Assembly: GCA_043807745.1 (NCBI GenBank)
Contig: JAZDFP010000035.1
Location: 1 to 35,600, forward strand
Length of the DNA: 35,600 bases
DNA from: Planctomycetota bacterium
Lineage (GTDB): Bacteria > Planctomycetota > MHYJ01 > JACQXL01
Direction: 5' to 3'
A program made the translations under genes and the position numbers. Below the pieces are notes generated by a model. The model saw nothing but the letters and a program-made list of their open reading frames with translations, searched no databases and had not been told where the DNA came from. This document shows positions 26,938 to 34,093 of this stretch, piece by piece; within the stretch, counting starts at the first letter, position 1, and each line of letters opens with the position of its first letter.

Positions 26938-27852
26938 ATGTGGTCCAAGATAATAAGTTTAGTCGGGTTAACCTTGTTATTAAGCGGATGTATTGTTTAT
27001 AAAGACCCATCGTATATCTCTCTACCCTCATATCCGCCACCATCATCACCTTCACGTCCGCCTGTTGTGATTGAAACGTATAGTCCCACCCACTATGTGG
27101 GTTACTCTGATATGGAATGGGTGGTTTGGGAATATTATGATTGGGATTATAGTATGGTAGAGCATTTACATTCACTTAATTACAGTTCAGATGAAGTAAC
27201 ATTGATACTCTTTTTGGCATATCACGGACATACTGACCCCATAAACATTGTTCGCTGGCGGCAATCAGGTATTTCCTGGATGTATATAACCACGGTTTAT
27301 CTAAGATTAGAACCAACTATTTTCTTTGTTTCAATACCATCGGATGTCAGACTTGGACCGCCTTATGCCCGGGCTTACGGTTGTTACTGGAGAAATCCCA
27401 GAGGAATTATTTTAACCGATTCAGAAATAATAGACTTGGTGCATTTGAAAACGACCAGCGAGGCATTTAATGTCCACCCTGTTGAAGTGATAAAATTAAG
27501 AGAACAACATAATGATTTTAATGTAATAATTCAGGTGCATATTAACGCTGGAAGAGAAATAAGAACTACAAGAGGAAGGGTAGTAAAAGAACGACCCGAT
27601 AAAGATAGGAGAGAGAGGGGGAAACCAAAATGGGATGATAAACCTGATAGAGACAAAAATAAACCCAAACAAGACGATAAGCCAAAAGACAAACCTAAGC
27701 AAGATGACAAGCCCAAACAAGACGATAAGCCGAAAGATAAGCCAAAACAAGATGATAAACCTAAACAGGACGATAAGCCGAAAGATAAACCCAAACAAGA
27801 TGATAAGCCCAAACAAGACGATAAACCTGATAAAGATAAAGGAAAAGGATAA
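26938..27852 (+). CDS. Lipoprotein with a C-terminal Lys/Pro/Asp-rich repeat tail
   Basis: Lipobox LLSGC, a Pro/Ser-rich linker, a Trp/Tyr-rich globular region of unknown family, then (KPKQDD/KPKD)n to the stop. Confidence 0.75.
   Translation: MWSKIISLVGLTLLLSGCIVYKDPSYISLPSYPPPSSPSRPPVVIETYSPTHYVGYSDMEWVVWEYYDWDYSMVEHLHSLNYSSDEVTLILFLAYHGHTDPINIVRWRQSGISWMYITTVYLRLEPTIFFVSIPSDVRLGPPYARAYGCYWRNPRGIILTDSEIIDLVHLKTTSEAFNVHPVEVIKLREQHNDFNVIIQVHINAGREIRTTRGRVVKERPDKDRRERGKPKWDDKPDRDKNKPKQDDKPKDKPKQDDKPKQDDKPKDKPKQDDKPKQDDKPKDKPKQDDKPKQDDKPDKDKGKG
27661..27852 (+). repeat. 48-bp coding tandem repeat, about 3.7 copies (KPKQDDKPKDKPKQDD)
   Basis: Units lie at 27661-27708, 27709-27756 and 27757-27804, with a partial unit at 27805-27852. 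Copies differ mainly at synonymous positions. Confidence 0.9.
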
Positions 27853-28026
27853 TTACAAATATAAGTTCCTCTTTTAGACCTGAAAGCCTTTCAGATGATG
27901 CACAGAGTTAACCTGTATCCGTCATATTATCATGCCTACCCGTCCCGAACCGACCCTTCGGACCCTGACGGGTTCTCGTTCAGCCCTTCAGGGTTCGTAG
28001 AGTGGTTAGTATTTTTATTATTTTCC

Positions 28027-28055
28027 TTGACATTTTCATGAATCAAGTGTATATT
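28027..28055 (+). promoter_or_regulatory. Sigma70-type promoter for the giant surface protein gene
   Basis: TTGACA at 28027-28032, a 17-nt spacer, then TATATT at 28050-28055; the AAAGGAAAAAG RBS region and the ATG at 28108 follow. Confidence 0.6.
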
Positions 28056-28107
28056 TAATTACAGAAGTATAAACTTTCATAATTAAACAAAAAAGGAAAA
28101 AGAATAT

Positions 28108-31100
28108 ATGCGAAAATATTACATAATAGCAATCTTGTTCTTGGTTGCGTTTGTAACCGTTTTTAATTATGTCGGTTGCGGAGGCGGAGGAGGTGGTGGT
28201 AGTAGTAGCGGTAGTAGCACTCCACCAACGACAACTGTACCATCATTAACAACCAAGCCCGCCACTAATGTTCTTCTGACTTCTGCTACATTAAATGGCA
28301 CGGTCAACCCCAATGGTGTTAGCACTACTATATATTTTCAGTACGGTACAAGTTTAGGATATGGCAGCACGACACTTTATCAAAGCATCGGTTCAGGTGC
28401 GAGTTCTATCAATGTGTTTGCCAATGTGACCGGATTAACACCAAATACCAACTATAACTTCAGAGTCGTGGTAAGTAGGAGTGGCAGCACATTCTACGGT
28501 TCAAATTTAACCTTTAAAACCTTAGTAGGAACACCACCGACCTGCACCACCAATGCTGCGGATAATATCACTACTAATTCAGCCAGATTAAATGGCACGG
28601 TTGACCCCAATGGGCTGAATGTTACCTCTTGCTATTTTCAGTGGGGTACAACTACAGATTATTTTGGAGGTAGTCCAACCGCCACTCCATCTACTTTTGG
28701 CATTACAAGTAGTGTTTCTGCAAACATAAGTTCATTATCAATATCTACCACATATAACTTCAGGGTGGTGGCGACCAATATCGGAGGAACAACCAACGGG
28801 AATAATCTGACATTTACTACCGGTACTGTTGCTACTGTAGTCTGCTCCGGTCCTGACCAGATTACCTCCGGAATACAATCTTCATCGTTCACCGCAATCT
28901 CAAGGGACATAAGCAATAATATAGTTTCAGATACATATACCTGGACGAATGCAAATGGCACCGGCACAGCCAATCTTATCGGTGATACATTAACCGGAGT
29001 AACAGCCGGAACAGTAAGGATTACAGCCACCTCGGTTGCTAATCCTGCTATATCAGGGGGCAAAACGGTTACTGTTATTCCGGGCGCTGTTGTTACAGTG
29101 ACGGTCTCAGGCGCTGATTCAATCACCTCTGCGGGGACATCTGAAACCTACACCGCGGTCTCTGAAGATGCGGCTGGCAATAATGTATCAGAAACATACA
29201 CATGGTCTCATACCGATGACGCTGGCTCAATCACCCGGACCACCAACACAATCACCGGCTTTCTGACAGGCGCAGTAACTATTACCGCAACAGGCACCGG
29301 CGCTGTTGCCGGCGGTAGAGTAGTAACTGTAACACCCGGCGCTATAAATGATTATCTCGTCATCCCCGCTTCTTATTCTGTGGTTACCGGCACCAATCAA
29401 ACCGCAACCATTACTGCCCGTGATGTCAATGGCAATACGGTTACCACTGATTCATCTACAGTTATAACCGCGACATTTGTTGTGATAACCGGAACAACCG
29501 TAACAACAGGAACCTTCTATACAAATGATGAATATATTACAACTACAGATACCTACACCTTAAACAGCGGTATAGCAACCATTTGTTACAGGGCAGTACA
29601 CGATGGAACCCCGCCGAATTGGTTCACCATAACCGCTACAGATGACAACGACAAGGAAGGAACAAGTGAAACGGTGGGTATTTACAGCAACCCGACTAAA
29701 TTGGTATTTACAGTCCAGCCGACTGATACTCCTGCGGGCAGCGCATTCAACCCGACCGTTGAAGTGTCGGTTGAGGATGATTATGACAATATTGTGCCAT
29801 CTGCTGTTAATACCATCACCATTACCGGCCCTGCCGGTGTTACACTCGGTGTCATAACTACTACCGATGCGATTAGCGGAACCGCAACCTTTACCGGTAT
29901 GACTGTGAGCGGCATTGCATCTGCAGGTTACACCTTAACGGCTACATCTGCCGGCCTGACATTAGCAATTTCTAATCCATTTTCTATAACCTACGGCGCT
30001 GCAAATAACCTTGCCTTTGTTGCCCAGCCGCAATCTGACACCGCCGGTGATACCTGGGCACCGGTTACGGTCAGCGTTACAGATTCCTATGGCAACGATG
30101 TGCCGGATGTCTCGGTAACCATAAGCAACAATAATGGCACAGCGATAAACGGTTCTCTAACTCAACTTAGTGATGCAAGCGGTATCGCCACTTTCTCACC
30201 ATTGAGTATGACCCTGGCGGCTGATAATTATGTCTTAAGTGCTACATCAGGCGCACTTGCAACTACTTCTTCTGCATTCAATATCACACCTGCCGCAGCG
30301 AATAACCTGGTATTTGTCCAACAGCCGACCACTACCATATCAGGTGCAACCTTCAGTACGATTACAGTCCGCGTCAGGGATATTTATAATAACTTTGTTA
30401 CTACCGCAAATGATACGGTAGTTTTGGCTGTAAGCGCCGGAGCAACACTCGGTGGCACAACCAGTGTAGATGCCGCCGGGGATGGCACTGCGACATTTAG
30501 TGCGGTAACATTGACAAGCGGGATTAGCGGAACCGGTTATACGTTGACAGCTACTTCTGGTGTGCTAACTGAAGCGGTTTCTAATCCATTTGCTATCATC
30601 GGATATGGTGCAGCAACTACTTTAGCCTGGGTGACTAACCCTCCGGCAACTACCATAGCCGGCAATACTATGACTGCATTCACTGTTAGGGTTACAGATG
30701 CTTTAGGCAACAATGTCCAGGGGACCACCGTATCAATAACCACCACTGTTACTACGCCGTTGGTATATCAGGCAGGAACGGCCGTAGCCAATGCAACAGC
30801 CGATAGTGATGCAAGTGGTATAGCGAGTTTTGGCACAATCAGTATGACCTTAGTCGGAACCTATGCCTTGAGCGCCTCGGTCGGTACGCTCTACGCTCCA
30901 CCCTCTACGCTTTTTGATATCACACCGGCCGCGGCGAATAACCTGGCATTTGTCCAGCAGCCGACCACTACCACAGCCGGCAATATTATGACACCCGCAT
31001 TCACTGTCAGGGTTACAGACCAGTATGGCAACAATGTCCAGAGTACCACCGTATCAATAACCACCACTGTCAGTTCCTTGGCAGTATATCAGGGAGGGAC

Positions 31101-32133
31101 ACAAGTAACGAACTATGCGACAGCAGACAGTGATGCAAGCGGCATCGCCATATTCTCTACAATCAGTATGACCCAGGTTGGGACAGGCTATATATTCAGG
31201 GCATCAAGCGGCTCGCTAACCCCGGTAGACTCTACTGCATTCAATATTGCCACCGTTGCCGTGGATGACTATTGCTGGGTGGCAAATTCAGGTTCTAATA
31301 CTGTTACACGCATCAAGAAATCCGACTCTACCACGACCACGATTGCGATAACAGGAGCAACTAATCCTAACCCTCGTGCAGTCGCGGTTGATGAGACCTA
31401 TGTCTGGGTGGCAAATGTTGATAGTGTTAATGTCACCCGCATCAGTAAATCAGATTTAAGCACGATTACGATTGCGGCGGGACGGACCAATGGGGTCTCG
31501 GTTGACGAGACCTATTGCTGGGTGGCAAATTATAGTGAGACTTGGGGTCTCACCCGCATCAGGAAATCCGACTCCACCACGACCACGATTGCCGGAGTGT
31601 TCTCTGTAGTCGCGGTTGACGGGACCTATTGCTGGGCGGCGGCAAATGATGCTAATACTGTTACCCGCATCAGGAAATCAGACTTCACCACAACCACGAT
31701 TACAGTGGGAACTACCCCCCGGGGAATTGCGGTTGACGGGACATATTGCTGGGTGGCAAATGCGAGTACTAATAATGTCACCCGCATCCTGAAATCAGAT
31801 TTAAGCACGACCAGTGTTGCGATTGCTACGACGACCGGCCCCTATGCACTTACGGTTGACGATACCTATTGCTGGGTGACACATTGGGTTAATGCTAATG
31901 TCACCCGTATCCTGAAGACAGATTTAAGCACGACCACGATTGCTGTGCAAACCAGCCCTTATGGAGTCTCGGTTGACGGGACCTATTGTTGGGTGGCAAA
32001 TTTTGGTAGTGGTACTGTCACCCGCATCCTGAAATCAAATTTAAACACAACCACAATTCAGGTGGGAAGTCAACCATTTTCAGCGGGCGATATGACCGGC
32101 TATGCATACGATAATTACTCAAGGGTGCCGTAA
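28108..32133 (+). CDS. Giant modular surface lipoprotein: Gly/Ser linker, 2 FN3-like domains, Big_2-like Ig domains, about 7 invasin-type Ig domains, and a C-terminal 7-bladed YVTN-like beta-propeller
   Basis: Lipobox VGC followed by G7S-rich linker. Two TSATLNGTVNPNG...YFQYGT...YNFRVV modules. Repeated L-x-F-x-QP...V-x-V-x-D-x-YGN-x-V modules. Seven ~40-aa repeats (D-x-TYCWVAN...NVTRI-x-KSD-x-TTTI) span about 31255-32133. Confidence 0.85.
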   Translation: MRKYYIIAILFLVAFVTVFNYVGCGGGGGGGSSSGSSTPPTTTVPSLTTKPATNVLLTSATLNGTVNPNGVSTTIYFQYGTSLGYGSTTLYQSIGSGASSINVFANVTGLTPNTNYNFRVVVSRSGSTFYGSNLTFKTLVGTPPTCTTNAADNITTNSARLNGTVDPNGLNVTSCYFQWGTTTDYFGGSPTATPSTFGITSSVSANISSLSISTTYNFRVVATNIGGTTNGNNLTFTTGTVATVVCSGPDQITSGIQSSSFTAISRDISNNIVSDTYTWTNANGTGTANLIGDTLTGVTAGTVRITATSVANPAISGGKTVTVIPGAVVTVTVSGADSITSAGTSETYTAVSEDAAGNNVSETYTWSHTDDAGSITRTTNTITGFLTGAVTITATGTGAVAGGRVVTVTPGAINDYLVIPASYSVVTGTNQTATITARDVNGNTVTTDSSTVITATFVVITGTTVTTGTFYTNDEYITTTDTYTLNSGIATICYRAVHDGTPPNWFTITATDDNDKEGTSETVGIYSNPTKLVFTVQPTDTPAGSAFNPTVEVSVEDDYDNIVPSAVNTITITGPAGVTLGVITTTDAISGTATFTGMTVSGIASAGYTLTATSAGLTLAISNPFSITYGAANNLAFVAQPQSDTAGDTWAPVTVSVTDSYGNDVPDVSVTISNNNGTAINGSLTQLSDASGIATFSPLSMTLAADNYVLSATSGALATTSSAFNITPAAANNLVFVQQPTTTISGATFSTITVRVRDIYNNFVTTANDTVVLAVSAGATLGGTTSVDAAGDGTATFSAVTLTSGISGTGYTLTATSGVLTEAVSNPFAIIGYGAATTLAWVTNPPATTIAGNTMTAFTVRVTDALGNNVQGTTVSITTTVTTPLVYQAGTAVANATADSDASGIASFGTISMTLVGTYALSASVGTLYAPPSTLFDITPAAANNLAFVQQPTTTTAGNIMTPAFTVRVTDQYGNNVQSTTVSITTTVSSLAVYQGGTQVTNYATADSDASGIAIFSTISMTQVGTGYIFRASSGSLTPVDSTAFNIATVAVDDYCWVANSGSNTVTRIKKSDSTTTTIAITGATNPNPRAVAVDETYVWVANVDSVNVTRISKSDLSTITIAAGRTNGVSVDETYCWVANYSETWGLTRIRKSDSTTTTIAGVFSVVAVDGTYCWAAANDANTVTRIRKSDFTTTTITVGTTPRGIAVDGTYCWVANASTNNVTRILKSDLSTTSVAIATTTGPYALTVDDTYCWVTHWVNANVTRILKTDLSTTTIAVQTSPYGVSVDGTYCWVANFGSGTVTRILKSNLNTTTIQVGSQPFSAGDMTGYAYDNYSRVP

Positions 32134-32152
32134 TGAAGTAAAAAGTAAATAA

Positions 32153-32180
32153 GTAGACCCCGATGTCCATCGGGGTCTAC
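32153..32180 (+). terminator. Stem-loop terminator after the giant gene
   Basis: Perfect 12-13-bp stem GTAGACCCCGAT-GTCC-ATCGGGGTCTAC, 20 nt after the stop, followed by TTAT (a weak U-tract). Confidence 0.6.
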
Positions 32181-32303
32181 TTATCACCGTATCAACTTGA
32201 ATTCAGGGAACAGCATAGAATGGCACCACACCTGCCCGTTCGTTCAGGCGGAAATTCCCACTATATGTTTATCCGAAGGGCGGGAAAAGTTTCCCAGTGG
32301 TAG

Positions 32304-32408
32304 GGGGAAGAAATCCGATACATAGGGGAAGAAATCCGATACATCGGGAATGAAATCCGATATATCGGGGAAGAAATCCGATATATCGGGGAAGAAATCC
32401 GATATATC
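32304..32408. repeat. 21-bp tandem repeat, 5 units (GGGGAAGAAATCCGATA(C/T)AT(A/C))
   Basis: Units lie at 32304-32324, 32325-32345, 32346-32366, 32367-32387 and 32388-32408. The array is bracketed by GGAAA/TTTCC palindromes at 32250-32258, 32282-32295 and 32409-32422. Confidence 0.9.
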
Positions 32409-32493
32409 CGGAAAGGTTTCCGCTAATAAGCAGAAGGAAATCGCTAACAAGTAGGAGGTTTCCGCTTTAATTAATAAATTTTATATAAAATTA

Positions 32494-32522
32494 TTGACTC
32501 CGTTAGAAATATTTTATATAAG
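32494..32522 (+). promoter_or_regulatory. Sigma70-type promoter immediately upstream of the first Ntn-like gene (would give a leaderless or near-leaderless mRNA)
   Basis: TTGACT at 32494-32499, a 17-nt spacer, then TATAAG at 32517-32522. The ATG at 32530 is 7 nt after the -10 and has no SD sequence. Confidence 0.5.
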
Positions 32523-32529
32523 ACAAATT

Positions 32530-33627
32530 ATGGCTATTGTAAATGCATTGAGATTTGACGATTATTCAGGTGCCATTATAAGTGATGAGGAGTCCTGGCG
32601 TCTGCGCCGCAGGAGAACAGTCTTCTGCGATAATGTTCATTCCTTGGTTACGCCTGAAATTTCCGATGCGTTTCATATTGAAGCGGTTTATGGCGGTATC
32701 GGCACGCCTGCCATCCATTACGAAACCGTGACCAAAACCCAGCAGAAATTATTAGACATATTCAAGCACCGCAATGACCCGGAAATCAAGAAGCAACTTT
32801 ATAAGACAATCGGTGATATCAGCAAGATTACTTTAGAGAATCTGCAGAAGACTATTAGACGCCGGACAGATGACCGGCTCCGTTTCCTTTACGGTTTTAC
32901 ATCCGAAGACCTTAACCGCGGTTATTTTGTCGCCGGAGGCGACCCTGATGTTAGCACACAGACCCGCCTCGGGCGGGAGTCGCAGGGTGAAAAAATAGAT
33001 ATCAAGCAGGAAAATGTTAAAAGCAAAGCACTGGAAATATCCACGCTTAAGGACAAGAGCGAGACCGCACGTTTTGAGGTTGAGAATCATGCCTGCCTTA
33101 TCGGCTATGATAAAAAGCATGGCTTTACTGCTTACTGCCTGAAGGGTGAAATATCGGTCAGTTCTTTTGTCTCAGGCGGATTTGAAAGTCTGGGCACCGG
33201 TAAATATGGCGGCGGACAGGCGTTTGCCGAATTCCTCAATAAGAAATTCCTGGCAGAACGCACTAAAGGATTCAACCGTATTGAGGGAATGATTGAACTT
33301 ATCTACTCGGCAATCCAATGCTCGCTTTATTTCAGCCAGGTGGGCGGTTATTTCGCCATTGCCTATATTGACGGACGCGGTAAAGACCACGCCAGCCGAT
33401 ATAAAGAGATAATCCATCACCGGGCTAAATTAGCCAGTGAGATTGTCCATAGTTATAAAGCAGGTTACCTGCCTCGCAACATAACCTATCAACTGATTAA
33501 CGATTTGGTTTATGAAGATGCCAAGGAAGATACAATAGAGGGGCGATTCTTCAAGGCAGTTAAAGACCGCAAGAAACTGGAATATTTCCTGCGGGCTTAT
33601 AAACTGGACCCATTAAGAAGGGAATGA
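32530..33627 (+). CDS. Proteasome-beta/HslV-like Ntn-hydrolase-fold protein, predicted catalytically inactive paralog (Ala instead of Thr after Met)
   Basis: 365 aa counted from the ATG at 32530, chosen by N-terminal alignment to the paralog (MAIVNALRFDDYSG vs MTSINAIKFDDYSG). The track's TTG at 32494 coincides with the -35 box. It is homologous to 34094..35131 along its whole length. Confidence 0.6.
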   Translation: MAIVNALRFDDYSGAIISDEESWRLRRRRTVFCDNVHSLVTPEISDAFHIEAVYGGIGTPAIHYETVTKTQQKLLDIFKHRNDPEIKKQLYKTIGDISKITLENLQKTIRRRTDDRLRFLYGFTSEDLNRGYFVAGGDPDVSTQTRLGRESQGEKIDIKQENVKSKALEISTLKDKSETARFEVENHACLIGYDKKHGFTAYCLKGEISVSSFVSGGFESLGTGKYGGGQAFAEFLNKKFLAERTKGFNRIEGMIELIYSAIQCSLYFSQVGGYFAIAYIDGRGKDHASRYKEIIHHRAKLASEIVHSYKAGYLPRNITYQLINDLVYEDAKEDTIEGRFFKAVKDRKKLEYFLRAYKLDPLRRE

Positions 33628-34087
33628 ACAGTGAGCAATGGACAATGAGCAGTTAAGAGTGAGCAATAAGCAGTGAACAATGGAAAAATCAGAAATATAG
33701 AACAAGACCTTGCAGAAAGAATTTATAATTTTGTATTAGGTGTTATAAAATTAGTTAGGTCATTAGACCGGGAGATGTCTGCCCAAGAAATCGGGCGTCA
33801 ATTATTACGTTCGGCCACTTCAATTGCGGCAAATTATGAAGAGGCAACTGTGGCTTTTACAAAGGCTGATTTTACTCATAAACTGAGTATATCTTTTAAG
33901 GAGGCAAAAGAAACCAATTTGTGGTTGCGCTTGATAAGAGATTCAGAGTTATCTAATTCTAATGTATTAAGTAAACTTATTCAAGAGTCATTAGAAATAA
34001 AGAAAATCTTAGGTAAAAGCGTAAAAACAGCTAAAGAAAATCCTTAATTGCTAAATTGTTAATTGCTCATTGTTAACTGTTAATTGA
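33628..34087 (+). mobile_element. Four-helix-bundle gene cassette bounded by inverted AGTGAGCAAT/CAATGAGCA-type repeats
   Basis: The left repeats at 33628-33683 are CAGTGAGCAATG, GACAATGAGCAGTTAA, AGTGAGCAATAAG and CAGTGAACAATGG. The reverse complement of the right region at 34046-34087 contains AACAATGAGCAATTAA, which matches 14 of 16 nt of a left unit. Confidence 0.4.
33673..34047 (+). CDS. Four-helix-bundle protein (23S rRNA intervening-sequence protein / Avd-like family)
   Basis: LLRSATSIAANYEEA...FTHKLSISFKEAKETNLWLRLI matches the family signature. It is 124 aa, and its GTG start lies within the left flanking repeat. Confidence 0.8.
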   Translation: MNNGKIRNIEQDLAERIYNFVLGVIKLVRSLDREMSAQEIGRQLLRSATSIAANYEEATVAFTKADFTHKLSISFKEAKETNLWLRLIRDSELSNSNVLSKLIQESLEIKKILGKSVKTAKENP

Positions 34088-34093
34088 ATATAT

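Noticed and set aside
27496-27877. Three overlapping ORFs across the KPKQDD repeat: two on the minus strand and one in another plus frame
   Set aside because: They are alternative-frame readings of the 48-bp coding repeat, giving LIILFGFIF.., GLSSCLGLS.. and NKTISQK... The lipoprotein frame is continuous with a lipobox-bearing N-terminus and an RBS.
32244-32450. A 68-aa minus-strand ORF translating the 21-bp array as FPDISDF heptads
   Set aside because: It has only a TTG start, and the sequence upstream is CCTCC (anti-SD) rather than an RBS. The ORF is simply the open frame of a 21-bp repeat. I kept it as an alternative inside the repeat-array finding but do not call it a CDS.
33673-34047. 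A diversity-generating retroelement, suggested by the Avd-like four-helix-bundle gene
   Set aside because: The window contains no reverse transcriptase gene and no template/variable repeat pair. The family is much broader than DGR Avd.
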